A DNA stretch of 64,000 bases from Bacteroidota bacterium (lineage in GTDB: Bacteria > Bacteroidota > Bacteroidia > Bacteroidales > FEN-979), in assembly GCA_026391795.1 (NCBI GenBank), contig JAPLDI010000015.1, forward strand, positions 68,557 to 132,556, given 5' to 3'. Both the position numbers and the translations under genes were made by a program. The notes beneath the pieces were generated by a model. The model was not told the origin of the DNA, did not search any database, and worked only from the letters and a program-made list of their open reading frames with translations. Shown here piece by piece: positions 25,118 through 35,734 of this stretch; position 1 is the first letter of the stretch, and each line of letters begins with the position of its first letter.

Positions 25118-26773
25118 ATGGAAAAGGAAATTGCACGTCATTCCATAAGTCCTTCGGGCGAAAAATTCATCCTGCCCGGTAAACAGGATTATGCCAAAGA
25201 GCTGAAACGGATTGAAGATCTCGTGCGCATTGCAAGGAAAGAGAAGAAGGAAATTGTGGTCGTTATGGGTCTCGGTTTTGTCGGCGCTGTTATGGCCGCA
25301 ATTGTAGCCGACACGAAAGACAAAAAGGGGATCCATTCAAAGCTGGTAATCGGATGTCAGCGGCCGAGTGCGCGCAGTTACTGGAAGATCCCCATGATAA
25401 ACAAAGGGTTGAGCCCGGTGAAGGCAGAAGATCCAGAGGTTGACCAGCTGATCCGGAGTTGTGTTGTGACGTCAAAAACACTGGTTGCTACTTACAACAG
25501 CGATGTTCTCCAGTTTGCCGATTGTGTAGTGGTGGATGTGCAGTGTGATTTCTCAAAGAAAGAGCTGGGAAATATGAAATCGGGAACGGCCGATATGGCA
25601 GCACTGGAAGATACCATGCGGACGATCGGCGATAAAATTCAGCCCGGCTGCCTGGTCTTAATTGAAACAACAGTAGCCCCCGGAACTACCGAATTTGTTG
25701 CCTGGCCGATTCTGAAAAAAGCATTTGTGAAGAGAGGGCTTAAGGAGGTTCCATTGCTGGCGCATAGTTTTGAGCGGGTGATGCCCGGCAAGCAATACGT
25801 CGCCTCCATCCGTGATTTCTGGCGGGTTTGTTCAGGATGCGAGGATGTTGCCAGGAAACGTGTGGAGAAATTTCTTCATGAAGTGCTGAATACAAAGGAT
25901 TTTCCATTGACGGTGATGGATCGTCCGATTGAATCGGAAACCACCAAGATCGTTGAAAATTCGTACCGCGCGACAATTCTTGCCTTCCTGAACGAATGGA
26001 GCCTGTTTTCGGAACGGAACGGTATTGACCTCATCAAGGTCATCAATGCAATAAAAATGCGTCCTACCCACAGCAACATGATTTTTCCGGGTCCGGGCAT
26101 CGGGGGGTATTGTCTGCCCAAAGACGGCGGACTGGGATATTGGGCCTACAAGCACATTCTCGGATTTGAGGACGGGGATAAAATATTTCAGATCACCCCT
26201 GTGTCGATTGACATCAATGATACACGGGCGCTCCATGTGGCGGAGCTTACCCGCGATGCCCTGCGCAACATGGGAAGGTACATTGCAGGGGCGGAGGTAT
26301 TGCTGTGTGGAGCCAGCTACCGGCAGGATGTGGGCGATACCCGTTACAGCGGAAGTGAGATGGTGGTACGAAAACTTACAGAAATGAATGCCGAAATCCG
26401 TATTCACGACCCTTATGTTGATCATTGGTATGAACTTGAAGATCAGGATGAATATCCTGCACCCGGACATTCCTGGAAACGTTTTTTCAGGAATCAGGAA
26501 CAGCTTCAGAACACGGTCGTTCAGAAGGATCTTAAAAAAGCGATCAGGGGAGTCGAAGCATTGATCCTTGCGGTTCCCCATACCCCTTACCTTACACTGA
26601 AACCTGCCGACATCGTGAAATGGGCAGGTGGCCCGATCGCAGTTATTGATGCCTTCGGGATCCTTACGGATAAACAGATCAGGGATTATTTCAGGATGGG
26701 TTGCGAGGTAAAAGCACTCGGAAGAGGGCATCTTGCAAGGCTCAAACGGGAAGTGAAAGAGAAAAAGAGATAA
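25118..26773 (+). CDS. UDP-glucose/GDP-mannose dehydrogenase family protein (atypically long)
   Basis: Rossmann VVVMGLGFVGAVMA and catalytic GPGIGGYCLPKD. At 551 aa it is about 100+ aa longer than typical family members (N-terminal extension plus a C-terminal-domain insertion). Confidence 0.8.
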   Translation: MEKEIARHSISPSGEKFILPGKQDYAKELKRIEDLVRIARKEKKEIVVVMGLGFVGAVMAAIVADTKDKKGIHSKLVIGCQRPSARSYWKIPMINKGLSPVKAEDPEVDQLIRSCVVTSKTLVATYNSDVLQFADCVVVDVQCDFSKKELGNMKSGTADMAALEDTMRTIGDKIQPGCLVLIETTVAPGTTEFVAWPILKKAFVKRGLKEVPLLAHSFERVMPGKQYVASIRDFWRVCSGCEDVARKRVEKFLHEVLNTKDFPLTVMDRPIESETTKIVENSYRATILAFLNEWSLFSERNGIDLIKVINAIKMRPTHSNMIFPGPGIGGYCLPKDGGLGYWAYKHILGFEDGDKIFQITPVSIDINDTRALHVAELTRDALRNMGRYIAGAEVLLCGASYRQDVGDTRYSGSEMVVRKLTEMNAEIRIHDPYVDHWYELEDQDEYPAPGHSWKRFFRNQEQLQNTVVQKDLKKAIRGVEALILAVPHTPYLTLKPADIVKWAGGPIAVIDAFGILTDKQIRDYFRMGCEVKALGRGHLARLKREVKEKKR

Positions 26774-26809
26774 ATATTTCGTAATTTTACAGTTGTCAAA
26801 ATCATACGA

Positions 26810-28030
26810 ATGGATATTCTGTCAATAAAGCAACGGTTTGGGATCATCGGGAATTCGATTTTGCTCGATCGTGCCATCGACATTGCAAGACAGGTAGCCG
26901 CTACCGATATAACGGTTTTGGTTTCCGGTGAAAGCGGGACAGGAAAGGAGTTCTTTCCAAAGATTATCCACCAGCTGAGCTCCCGGAAGCACGGACCCTA
27001 TATCGCTGTGAACTGCGGGGCTATCCCGGAAGGAACCATCGATTCAGAACTTTTTGGCCATGAGAAAGGATCTTTTACAGGTGCGCATGAAGCCAGAAAA
27101 GGGTATTTTGAAGTGGTCAACGGGGGAACGATCTTCCTGGATGAAGTGGCCGAACTTCCACTGTCAACGCAGGTAAGGTTGCTACGGGTACTGGAATCGG
27201 GTGAGTTCATGAGAGTAGGTTCTTCAAAGGTGCTGAAGACCAATGTTCGGGTTGTAGGGGCGACCAACATCAATATCCCGGATGCCATAAACACCGGGAA
27301 ATTCAGGCAGGACCTTTATTACCGTCTGAGTACGGTTCCTATATCCGTTCCTGCGCTCAGGGAAAGAAAGGAAGATATTTTCCTTCTCTTCCGGAAATTT
27401 GCCTCTGATGCAGCCGAAAAATACAGGATGCCTGCCATCAGCCTCGGAGAAGACGGACAGCGTATGCTTACGAGTTATCGGTGGCCTGGAAATATCCGGC
27501 AGCTGAAAAATATCACCGAACAGATTTCTATCATCGAGAAGACCCGCAACATTTCTGCAGAAACTCTTGCCAAGTATATTCCTTTGCCTCAGAACAGTGA
27601 TCTGCCGATGCTTTACAAGGGGGAAGATTCCGGGCATATCTCCGAAAGGGAATTGCTTTACAAGGTCCTTTTTGATATGCGTAAAGATGTCAATGATCTG
27701 AAACAGCTGGTCATGAACCTGATGCAGAATGAATCCCCCTCCTCTTCCCTGGGCGAAAACTCACACATCATCAAACGGCTCTACAAGGATCTCCAGGATG
27801 TAACGGACCAGGAGCAACCCATCCTTGTCACAACCCCTGAAAAATCAACCGATGAACCCATCCAGGAACCCGAAGAATTAGAAGAGTCGCTTTCGCTGGT
27901 TAAAAAAGAGATGGACTTCATCCGGAGAGCGCTTCAGAAACATGAAGGAAAAAGAAAGGATGCAGCCCGCGAACTGGGAATCTCTGAACGGACCTTGTAC
28001 CGAAAAATTAAAGAGTACGACCTTGAGTAA
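26810..28030 (+). CDS. sigma-54-dependent transcriptional activator (AAA+ plus Fis-type HTH, no N-terminal sensory domain)
   Basis: Walker A GESGTGKE starts near residue 40. Has a GAFTGA-type loop (EKGSFTGA), Walker B IFLDEV, R-finger region and a C-terminal HTH ([19 protein letters not shown]). Confidence 0.88.
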   Translation: MDILSIKQRFGIIGNSILLDRAIDIARQVAATDITVLVSGESGTGKEFFPKIIHQLSSRKHGPYIAVNCGAIPEGTIDSELFGHEKGSFTGAHEARKGYFEVVNGGTIFLDEVAELPLSTQVRLLRVLESGEFMRVGSSKVLKTNVRVVGATNINIPDAINTGKFRQDLYYRLSTVPISVPALRERKEDIFLLFRKFASDAAEKYRMPAISLGEDGQRMLTSYRWPGNIRQLKNITEQISIIEKTRNISAETLAKYIPLPQNSDLPMLYKGEDSGHISERELLYKVLFDMRKDVNDLKQLVMNLMQNESPSSSLGENSHIIKRLYKDLQDVTDQEQPILVTTPEKSTDEPIQEPEELEESLSLVKKEMDFIRRALQKHEGKRKDAARELGISERTLYRKIKEYDLE

Positions 28031-28072
28031 CTTCTCATTGTCCATGTTCAAATACATCAATCTGGGAGGAAA

Positions 28073-28618
28073 TTGAAAAGCATGTCGGTAATACTCATCA
28101 GAAAAGCAGTGATCCGGGTAACCTGGTTCCTGATGGTCTCTCTTCTCCTGGCCCAGACCTCCTGCCGGGTGGGTTATTCTTTCACCGGTGCATCCATCTC
28201 GCCGGATGTTAAAACTGTTTCCATCCAGTACTTCCCCAACAACGCATCCCTTGTGATGCCTACTCTCAGCAGGACCTTTACGGACGGGCTGAGGGATTAT
28301 TTTACGTCACAGACGAATTTGATCCTCGTTGACAGGAATGGCGACCTGAATATCGAAGGGGCTATCACAGCCTATGCAGTTACTCCGGTGGCTATCCAGG
28401 GGAATGAAACCGCTGCCATGAACCGGCTTACCATCGCCGTGACAGTAAAGTTCACCAATAAAAAAAACGAGAAACAAAATTTTGAGAACAAGACCTTTTC
28501 CCGTTACCAGGATTATTCGAGTTCTCAAGATCTTGCTGCTGTTCAGGGGACTCTGATCAGCCAGATTGACGACCAGCTCATCCAGGATATTTTCAACCAG
28601 GCCGTAGCTAATTGGTGA
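28073..28618 (+). CDS. lptE: LptE-like LPS-assembly lipoprotein
   Basis: Lipobox-like LLAQTSC, about 180 aa, in the conserved Bacteroidota position between the sigma-54 activator and secG. The start may be ATG at 28082 instead of TTG at 28073. Confidence 0.6.
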   Translation: MKSMSVILIRKAVIRVTWFLMVSLLLAQTSCRVGYSFTGASISPDVKTVSIQYFPNNASLVMPTLSRTFTDGLRDYFTSQTNLILVDRNGDLNIEGAITAYAVTPVAIQGNETAAMNRLTIAVTVKFTNKKNEKQNFENKTFSRYQDYSSSQDLAAVQGTLISQIDDQLIQDIFNQAVANW

Positions 28619-28621
28619 TCC

Positions 28622-29329
28622 ATGAACCGTCAGGAATTTACCGGCTATATTCAGCACCCCCATTCCCTCCATCCGGGAATTAAAGAGGAACTCCATACCC
28701 TGGCTGAACGCTATCCGTATGCTTCCTCTGTCCAGGTGTTGTATACACTTATTTTACAGGTGGTAAATGACCATGAAGTCAATTTTCAGCTGAAGAAATC
28801 GGCAGCGTATGCGACCAGCCGGAAAAGGCTGAAAGAACTGGTTGAAAAAATTATGATCCCGGAGCCAGAGAAAGTCGCTGTAAGCCTGGCCCAACAGGTT
28901 GCTGAACCCGTAAAAGCATCCGCCACCGGAAAAGATGAGTTGATGGAAAGGGTCAGAAAAAGGCTTGGAGAGATTGAAGCTGAGAGATACATCAGGATTT
29001 CTTCAGAACCCTCCGGTGAGTTTGTTCAAGTCACCGGAACAGAAGGGGATCATGCGTCAGATCTTCTCTCGAAGGCTGAGATTATTGAAAAATTCATCCA
29101 TGAAGAACCGAGGATCTCGCCACCCAGGACCTCTTTCTTCAAACCTTCGGAGTATGCCCTGAGGAGCAACATTGATGAGACCGAAATTGTAAGTGAGACA
29201 TTGGGAAGGTTGTACCTTGAACAGGGAAACCTTGTTAAAGCCCGTATGGTTTATGAGAAATTATGTTTGCTTTTTCCGGAAAAAAGCAGTTACTTTGCAG
29301 CCCAAATTGAAAAAACAGGAAATGATTGA
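28622..29329 (+). CDS. hypothetical protein (C-terminal TPR-like helix pair)
   Basis: 235-aa ORF with coding-like composition, tightly packed between lptE and secG. No motif I can name except a TPR-like LGRLYLEQGNLVKARMVYEKL. Confidence 0.6.
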   Translation: MNRQEFTGYIQHPHSLHPGIKEELHTLAERYPYASSVQVLYTLILQVVNDHEVNFQLKKSAAYATSRKRLKELVEKIMIPEPEKVAVSLAQQVAEPVKASATGKDELMERVRKRLGEIEAERYIRISSEPSGEFVQVTGTEGDHASDLLSKAEIIEKFIHEEPRISPPRTSFFKPSEYALRSNIDETEIVSETLGRLYLEQGNLVKARMVYEKLCLLFPEKSSYFAAQIEKTGND

Positions 29330-29378
29330 TCCCTTCAGGGGATAAATAAATGATATTCATAGTTAACAGAAACATTTT

Positions 29379-29711
29379 ATGGGCGTTTACATTTTAATAT
29401 CCGTTTTAATCCTGATCACCTGTGTTCTTCTGGTATTGATTGTACTGGTTCAGAACTCTAAAGGAGGAGGACTTGCTTCCAATTTTCAGTCTTCAAACCA
29501 ATTCATGGGCGTCAGAAAAACTGCAGATTTTCTTGAGAAATCAACATGGACACTGGCAGTTATCCTGCTTGTGCTGAGCCTTTTCTCGGTATTGGTGATA
29601 CCCAAGAACCAGGGACCTGTGAAAACACAGGAAAGCCTCATGGAGAAGCAAATTAAAAATACAAAAGCACAACCGGCAAAAGATCTTCAGGTACCTCCCT
29701 CCAAAAAGTAG
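29379..29711 (+). CDS. secG: preprotein translocase subunit SecG
   Basis: 110 aa with two TM helices and a VLVQNSKGGGL motif. Confidence 0.85.
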   Translation: MGVYILISVLILITCVLLVLIVLVQNSKGGGLASNFQSSNQFMGVRKTADFLEKSTWTLAVILLVLSLFSVLVIPKNQGPVKTQESLMEKQIKNTKAQPAKDLQVPPSKK

Positions 29712-29738
29712 CCATCCAGGGAACGGTTAAAATTAAAG

Positions 29739-29773
29739 TGTCAGAATGTCATACTGTTCTGACATTTTTTTTT
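29739..29773 (+). terminator. rho-independent terminator after secG
   Basis: TGTCAGAA-10 nt loop-TTCTGACA followed by T9. Confidence 0.7.
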
Positions 29774-29902
29774 CTATTCTTCATTATTCTGAAAAATTGT
29801 CTCATTTCGATACTGAATTTTCATTTGGCATAATATCTGACAGGGGCAGGTATCTTTATTCATCTGAATTTTTTTTAATGTTTAACTTAAAAATACTTAT
29901 CT

Positions 29903-30181
29903 ATGGCAAAATTGAAGATTAAACCTTTGGCCGACCGCGTTTTGATTGAACCCGATGCCGCCGAGGAAAAAACCGCAGCAGGTATTATTATTCCCGATAC
30001 CGCAAAAGAGAAACCCCAGAAAGGTACTGTTGTCGCAGTGGGTACCGGTAAAAAAGACGAACCAATGACGGTAAAGGTCGGCGATACAGTTCTGTATGGA
30101 AAATATGCCGGTACAGAACTCACCATTGATGGGACAAACTATCTGATCATGCGCGAATCTGATATCGTTGCGATCGTATAA
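29903..30181 (+). CDS. groES: co-chaperonin GroES
   Basis: 92 aa. [39 protein letters not shown]. Confidence 0.95.
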   Translation: MAKLKIKPLADRVLIEPDAAEEKTAAGIIIPDTAKEKPQKGTVVAVGTGKKDEPMTVKVGDTVLYGKYAGTELTIDGTNYLIMRESDIVAIV

Positions 30182-30228
30182 TTTTTTTAAGGAGTCATCA
30201 AAAATAAATTCTAAAACAGTAAAACATT

Positions 30229-31875
30229 ATGGCAAAAGATATTATTTTCAATATAAAAGCAAGAGAAGCATTAAAGAAGGGTGTTGATGAGCTTTCGAAT
30301 GCTGTTAAAGTGACCCTCGGGCCCAGCGGAAGAAATGTGATCATTGATAAGTCATACGGCGCACCGATCATCACCAAGGATGGTGTTACCGTGGCCAAGG
30401 AAGTTGAACTGAGCAACCCGGCTGAGAATATGGGTGCCCAGATGGTGAAGGAAGTAGCTTCAAAAACAAACGAACTCGCCGGCGACGGAACTACTACCGC
30501 CACGGTCCTTGCACAGGCTATTTTCACAACCGGTCTTAAAAACGTGACGGCAGGAGCCAACCCGATGGATCTGAAAAGAGGTATCGATAAAGCGGTGATT
30601 GAAGTCATCAACTCGCTGAAGAAACAGACCAAGAAGATCGGCGACAGCCTTGAGAAGATTGAACAGGTGGCTTCCGTATCGGCCAACAATGATATGTTCA
30701 TCGGAAAGATGATTGCCGAAGCAATGACGAAAGTTAAAAAAGAAGGCGTCATCACCATTGAAGAAGCCAAAGGTATTGAAACAACTGTAAAAGTTGTTGA
30801 GGGCATGCAGTTCGACCGCGGTTACATCTCCCCTTATTTTATCACGGATACTGAAAAGATGGAAGCTGTCTATGAAAATCCTTACATCCTGATCTATGAT
30901 AAAAAGATTTCGGTCATGAAAGACCTGCTTCCTTTGCTTGAGAAGGTTGTCCAGACCGGCCGTGCACTGATCATCATTTCAGAAGATGTTGAAGGGGAAG
31001 CCCTTGCAACACTGGTTGTGAACAAGATCCGTGGATCCCTGAAGGTTGCTGCTATCAAAGCCCCGGGATTTGGAGACAGGAGAAAAGAAATGCTTGAAGA
31101 CATTGCAGTTCTTACCGGTGGTATGGTGATTTCGGAAGAAAAAGGATACAAACTGGAAGATGCAACGCTTCAATATCTCGGAGAAGCTGAAAAAGTTACG
31201 ATTGATAAAGACAACACAACGATTGTCAGCGGTAAAGGTCAGAAATCAGATATCGAGGGAAGGGTTAACCAGATCAAAGCACAGATCGGTACAACAACTT
31301 CCGATTACGACAAGGAAAAATTACAGGAACGCCTGGCCAAGCTGGCCGGTGGCGTTGCCGTTATCTATGTAGGCGCAGCCAGCGAAGTTGAAATGAAGGA
31401 GAAGAAGGACCGGTTTGATGATGCCCTGCATGCAACGCGTGCTGCTATTGAAGAGGGGATCATTCCCGGCGGCGGTGTCGGCTACATCCGGGCCATTGCT
31501 GCAATTGAAAAGATGAAAGGCGATAATGACGACGAAACCACAGGGATCATGATTGTTAAAAGAGCCCTGGAAGAACCGTTACGCCAGATCGTGGAAAATG
31601 CCGGACTTGATGGCGCTGTGGTCTCACAGAAAGTAAAGGAAGGGAAAGATGATTTCGGTTACAATGCCCGGACGGAAAAATATGAGAATTTATTCAAATC
31701 CGGTGTGATCGATCCGACCAAGGTTGCCCGTATCGCTCTCGAGAACGCAGCCTCCATTGCCGGTATGCTTCTTACCACTGAATGTGTTCTTGCAACACAC
31801 AAGGAAGAAAAAGAACCCAAGATGCCGATGGGAGGCCCTGGTGGCTACGGTGGCGGAATGGGTGATATGTATTAA
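30229..31875 (+). CDS. groEL: chaperonin GroEL
   Basis: 548 aa. AKDIIF..., [12 protein letters not shown], and a C-terminal GGM-type tail ([14 protein letters not shown]). Confidence 0.97.
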   Translation: MAKDIIFNIKAREALKKGVDELSNAVKVTLGPSGRNVIIDKSYGAPIITKDGVTVAKEVELSNPAENMGAQMVKEVASKTNELAGDGTTTATVLAQAIFTTGLKNVTAGANPMDLKRGIDKAVIEVINSLKKQTKKIGDSLEKIEQVASVSANNDMFIGKMIAEAMTKVKKEGVITIEEAKGIETTVKVVEGMQFDRGYISPYFITDTEKMEAVYENPYILIYDKKISVMKDLLPLLEKVVQTGRALIIISEDVEGEALATLVVNKIRGSLKVAAIKAPGFGDRRKEMLEDIAVLTGGMVISEEKGYKLEDATLQYLGEAEKVTIDKDNTTIVSGKGQKSDIEGRVNQIKAQIGTTTSDYDKEKLQERLAKLAGGVAVIYVGAASEVEMKEKKDRFDDALHATRAAIEEGIIPGGGVGYIRAIAAIEKMKGDNDDETTGIMIVKRALEEPLRQIVENAGLDGAVVSQKVKEGKDDFGYNARTEKYENLFKSGVIDPTKVARIALENAASIAGMLLTTECVLATHKEEKEPKMPMGGPGGYGGGMGDMY

Positions 31876-31900
31876 TCATTTTTTTGCTTTACCTGTAAAG

Positions 31901-31929
31901 ACCCCGGTTCCTCCGGGGTTTTTTTTTCT
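31901..31929 (+). terminator. rho-independent terminator after groEL
   Basis: ACCCCGG-ttcct-CCGGGGT followed by T10. Confidence 0.85.
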
Positions 31930-32054
31930 TCTTCGGCACCCTTTCATCCGTCGCGGAAACAAAAGGTTATAAAGGCCTACCGGTTAATAAGTTCCTGCAA
32001 TAAAGGATGGGATTTTTCGTAATTAATGATAATATTGTGTTTCCAACTTTCAAG

Positions 32055-32606
32055 ATGATCACCATGAGCCGCAACTTCACAATTTTCTTATTTTTTCTGT
32101 CATCGGTTGTTTATCCGCAAGTCAGTCAGCCTGTGCCCAACATGCCTCTTGATCCGGATACTAAGCTGATAAAATACAGGGATGTCATTACTCAGGAGGG
32201 GCCCAAAGATGTTCTTTACGACCGCGGGGCAGAATGGATTCGTTCCTATTACCTGAACCCCGGCAGTATCACCAAGGTCCAGGACCGGGTAAATGGCAAG
32301 ATTGAAGGTACCGGCCGGATCCGGCTCTATTTTACTGATTCCGGAAATATACGGTCTGATGCCGGTGTGGTCTATTACGATATTTCCCTCGAATTTAAAG
32401 ATAGCAAGTACCGGTATACGCTGACGAATTTTTCCCTCAAAAGCGCCTCAAGGATTCCCCTTGAGAAGTGGATGAACAAGAATGATCCAGCCTATAACCC
32501 CCAGATGGAAAATTATCTTTACCAGGTGGATACCACGATGCAGAACCTGGTCATCAAGTTGAAGCAAGGTATGAAACCCAAAGTGATAAAGAAGGATGAA
32601 TGGTAG
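32055..32606 (+). CDS. hypothetical secreted protein (DUF4468-like)
   Basis: Signal peptide MSRNFTIFLFFLSSVVYPQ. The pattern (...KYRYTLTNF...) resembles DUF4468 proteins, but the assignment is tentative. The track ORF starts at 32007. Confidence 0.5.
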   Translation: MITMSRNFTIFLFFLSSVVYPQVSQPVPNMPLDPDTKLIKYRDVITQEGPKDVLYDRGAEWIRSYYLNPGSITKVQDRVNGKIEGTGRIRLYFTDSGNIRSDAGVVYYDISLEFKDSKYRYTLTNFSLKSASRIPLEKWMNKNDPAYNPQMENYLYQVDTTMQNLVIKLKQGMKPKVIKKDEW

Positions 32607-33673
32607 AAAAAGCAGATATCCGGTTCCTTACCTTTGCGGAAATTGAAGGGTTTTTCCTCGAAAATAACGAAAAGTCATTCCGGGCCAGGCAGGTTTATGA
32701 ATGGATCTGGAGGAAAACCTGCCATTCGTTCGGTGAAATGACAAGCCTCTCGAGGGATACCCGCCAGTTGCTTGAAGATCATTTTTGTTTCCCGGTAATC
32801 CGACCGGAACAGGAGCTCCGTGACCCTGACGGGACTGTAAAATCAACTTTTCGCTTGGCAGACGAAGAGTTGATCGAAAGTGTTCTGATCCCGGCCGACA
32901 AACGAACCACTGCATGCATCTCTTCTCAGGCGGGCTGTGCCCTGGCCTGCAGGTTTTGTGCAACAGGGATGCTTGGATTCAGGCGAAACCTTACATTCAC
33001 GGAGATCTTTGACCAGGTTGTGCTGCTGAACCGGCAGTCGGAAAAATTCCATGGTAAACCTCTGTCAAACATTGTTTACATGGGGATGGGTGAACCTCTG
33101 ATGAACTATGATTCAGTGATGAAATCCATTGAGAGAATCACAGCAGAAGACTCCCTTGGAATGTCTCCTCAAAGAATTACGGTTTCGAGTGTCGGAATAC
33201 CTGCCATGATCCGGAGGATGGCAGACGACAAGGCCCGGTTTCATTTTGCATTGTCATTACATGCAGCAACAAATGCCAAAAGAGACCTGATTATCCCCAT
33301 TAACAAAAAGCATCCTTTACAGGAACTGACCGAAGCCCTGAAATACTACCACACGATAACCGGCAAGCGCTTCACCATTGAATACATTCTGTTCAAAGAC
33401 TTTAACGACAGCCTGGAAGATGCAAAAGACCTGGCATTATTCTGTAAAAGTTTCCCGGTAAAGGTTAATCTCATCGAATACAACCCCATGAGGAAGAGCG
33501 GGTTTTCGCCAACCACACCGGAAAAGATGGTGGCTTTCAGAGAATTCCTGGAGCAGAAAAACATGGTTATCAACGTCAGGAAGAGCAGGGGTAAAAATAT
33601 CGATGCAGCCTGTGGCCAACTTGCCCTGGTTGACAGGATGAACAGGCAGGAAGAGGGAAAGGCAACTACCTAA
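32600..33673 (+). CDS. rlmN: 23S rRNA/tRNA (adenine-C2)-methyltransferase, radical SAM
   Basis: FRARQVYEWIW, radical-SAM CALACRFCATG, and MGMGEPL. Overlaps the upstream stop by 7 nt. Confidence 0.9.
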   Translation: MVEKADIRFLTFAEIEGFFLENNEKSFRARQVYEWIWRKTCHSFGEMTSLSRDTRQLLEDHFCFPVIRPEQELRDPDGTVKSTFRLADEELIESVLIPADKRTTACISSQAGCALACRFCATGMLGFRRNLTFTEIFDQVVLLNRQSEKFHGKPLSNIVYMGMGEPLMNYDSVMKSIERITAEDSLGMSPQRITVSSVGIPAMIRRMADDKARFHFALSLHAATNAKRDLIIPINKKHPLQELTEALKYYHTITGKRFTIEYILFKDFNDSLEDAKDLALFCKSFPVKVNLIEYNPMRKSGFSPTTPEKMVAFREFLEQKNMVINVRKSRGKNIDAACGQLALVDRMNRQEEGKATT

Positions 33674-33684
33674 AACGAGCGGAT

Positions 33685-35325
33685 ATGGAAAAACAAGATC
33701 TTGAATTCAGGGGAAATATTGTTGATGTTTCAGGTGAAAGGATTTTTAAAGGTGTTGTCATTGTCAGGGATAAAAAAATCATCGAAGTCCGTGAAGAGGA
33801 TACCCCTGAAAATCACTACATCCTTCCCGGCCTGATCGACGCGCACATCCACATCGAAAGCTCCATGCTGGTGCCTTCTGAATTTGCGCGGCTCGCAGTT
33901 GTGCATGGCACCGTTGGCACCGTTTCCGATCCGCATGAGATCGCCAATGTATTAGGCATAGAAGGAGTCAGGTTCATGATCGAAAACGGGAAACAGGTTC
34001 CTTTTAAATTTTATTTCGGTGCCTCCTCCTGTGTCCCGGCTACTGGATTTGAAACGGCCGGCGGCAGCCTGGGGGTTGCAGAACTTGATGAAATGCTTCA
34101 ATCGGATGACATTCTTTACCTTTCCGAGATGATGAATTTTCCGGGTGTCATTTACGGTGATGAGCAGGTTGCACAGAAACTTGCCCTTGCAAAGAAATAC
34201 GGAAAGCCTGTTGACGGGCATGCGCCCGGGCTGACCGGCGAACTTGCCGAAAAATACATCCGGGCCGGAATATCAACCGATCATGAATGCTTTTCCATGG
34301 AAGAGGCTGAAGAGAAGATAAAGTATGGAATGAAAATCCTGATCAGGGAAGGAAGCGCAGCGAAAAATTTTGAAGCACTCTCGGGACTGATTCACGAACA
34401 TCCGGGCATGGTCATGTTCTGTTCGGATGACAAGCATCCCAACGACCTGGTTTCAGGCCATATCAACCAGCTGGTAAAAAGAGCGTTCAGTCTTGGGTAC
34501 AACAAACTCAAGGTGCTCCGTTGTGCAACCTTTAACCCTGTTATGCACTATCATCTGGATGCTGGTTTGCTACGGAAAGGGGATCCTGCTGATTTTATCG
34601 TTGTGGATGACCTCGAAAACTTCAACATCCAGGAAACTTATATTGATGGGCTGAAGGTGGCTGAGAATGGAAAAACGCTGATCCCTTCTGTGGAGGTAAC
34701 ACCTGTGAACCAGTTCAATGCTGAACCGATAAGGCCGGAAGATTTGGTTATCAGGCCGGAAGGGAAAAGGATAAGGGTGATACAGGCTGTGGACGGACAA
34801 CTGGTGACAGGATCTGTGATTATGGATGCCAGGATTGAAGATAACCAGGTTAAACCAGACCCGGAGAATGACCTCCTCAAAATTGCCGTGATCAACCGAT
34901 ATTATCCTGCTCCTCCTGCCATCGGGTTTGTTCAGGGATTCGGATTGAAATCGGGTGCGATCGCCTCCTGCGTTGCGCACGACAGTCATAATATTATTGC
35001 TGTCGGAGCCGATGATGAATCTCTCGTTGCCGCGATCAATGCAATAGTGACATCAAAAGGAGGGATCTCTGTGGCAGCAAATAACGAAGTGCTGGTGTTG
35101 CCACTGCCGGTTGCCGGAATCATGTCGGAGAGGGATGGCTTTCAGGTGGCAGAACTTTATTATCTTCTGGATGAAAAGGTGAGAAAAATTCTTAAGAGCA
35201 CCCTGAAAGCGCCATACATGACTTTATCTTTCATGGCACTTCTTGTGATCCCCGACCTTAAACTTTCAGATAAAGGGCTTTTTGACGGAAGGACGTTTTC
35301 ATTTGCCACACTTTTTGACAAATAA
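33685..35325 (+). CDS. ade: adenine deaminase
   Basis: 546 aa. PGLIDAHIHIESSML metal site, SDPHEIANV, and the overall amidohydrolase pattern of Ade. Confidence 0.88.
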   Translation: MEKQDLEFRGNIVDVSGERIFKGVVIVRDKKIIEVREEDTPENHYILPGLIDAHIHIESSMLVPSEFARLAVVHGTVGTVSDPHEIANVLGIEGVRFMIENGKQVPFKFYFGASSCVPATGFETAGGSLGVAELDEMLQSDDILYLSEMMNFPGVIYGDEQVAQKLALAKKYGKPVDGHAPGLTGELAEKYIRAGISTDHECFSMEEAEEKIKYGMKILIREGSAAKNFEALSGLIHEHPGMVMFCSDDKHPNDLVSGHINQLVKRAFSLGYNKLKVLRCATFNPVMHYHLDAGLLRKGDPADFIVVDDLENFNIQETYIDGLKVAENGKTLIPSVEVTPVNQFNAEPIRPEDLVIRPEGKRIRVIQAVDGQLVTGSVIMDARIEDNQVKPDPENDLLKIAVINRYYPAPPAIGFVQGFGLKSGAIASCVAHDSHNIIAVGADDESLVAAINAIVTSKGGISVAANNEVLVLPLPVAGIMSERDGFQVAELYYLLDEKVRKILKSTLKAPYMTLSFMALLVIPDLKLSDKGLFDGRTFSFATLFDK

Positions 35326-35366
35326 TTTTAATATATCTACATATTTATTTTTATTATAAATTTTCT

Positions 35367-35374
35367 TATATTTG
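35367..35374 (+). promoter_or_regulatory. Bacteroidota -7 box TATATTTG upstream of the ArsR-family gene
   Basis: Matches TAnnTTTG in an AT-rich spacer, 50 nt before the ATG at 35425. Confidence 0.3.
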
Positions 35375-35424
35375 CAATACCTAAACTTGTTAACTATTTC
35401 ACAATAATCCTTAACTCAAACTAC

Positions 35425-35724
35425 ATGAAAAAAGTTACATTAGACGTTGAAAAACTTGAACTGGCTGCCAGTAAGTTAAGAGCTATTGCCCACCCCATGA
35501 GAATAGCCATCATTGATTTATTAACAGTAAATCCGAAGATGACAGTAACCGAAATTTACGAATATCTCAGTCTTGAGCAGGCTTCTGCTTCCCATCATCT
35601 GAATATTTTGAAGAATAAAGGATTGCTGGATTCAAAGAGGGATGGGAAGATGATCTATTATTCCCTGAAGTTTGACCATCTTACGGAGGTGATCGACTGC
35701 ATTAACCGTTGCAGCATAAATTAA
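35425..35724 (+). CDS. ArsR/SmtB family transcriptional regulator
   Basis: 99 aa winged HTH (LRAIAHPMRIAIIDLL...TVTEIYEYLSLEQASASHHLNILKNKGLL). There is no ELCVCDL-type metal site. Confidence 0.85.
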   Translation: MKKVTLDVEKLELAASKLRAIAHPMRIAIIDLLTVNPKMTVTEIYEYLSLEQASASHHLNILKNKGLLDSKRDGKMIYYSLKFDHLTEVIDCINRCSIN

Positions 35725-35734
35725 AAGCAACTTG

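Noticed and set aside
29826-29841. TGGCAT-N5-CTGAC upstream of groES, considered as a sigma-54 -24/-12 promoter; also looked for a CIRCE inverted repeat.
   Set aside because: The -12 element lacks the GC dinucleotide (CTGAC instead of TTGC). No TTAGCACTC-N9-GAGTGCTAA-like repeat is present.
30198-30806. 202-aa ORF antisense to groEL with a hydrophobic, Ser/Thr/Ala-rich translation that superficially looks like a membrane protein.
   Set aside because: It mirrors the Ala/Gly/Val-rich groEL codons. It has no independent promoter or terminator and completely overlaps the most conserved gene in the window.
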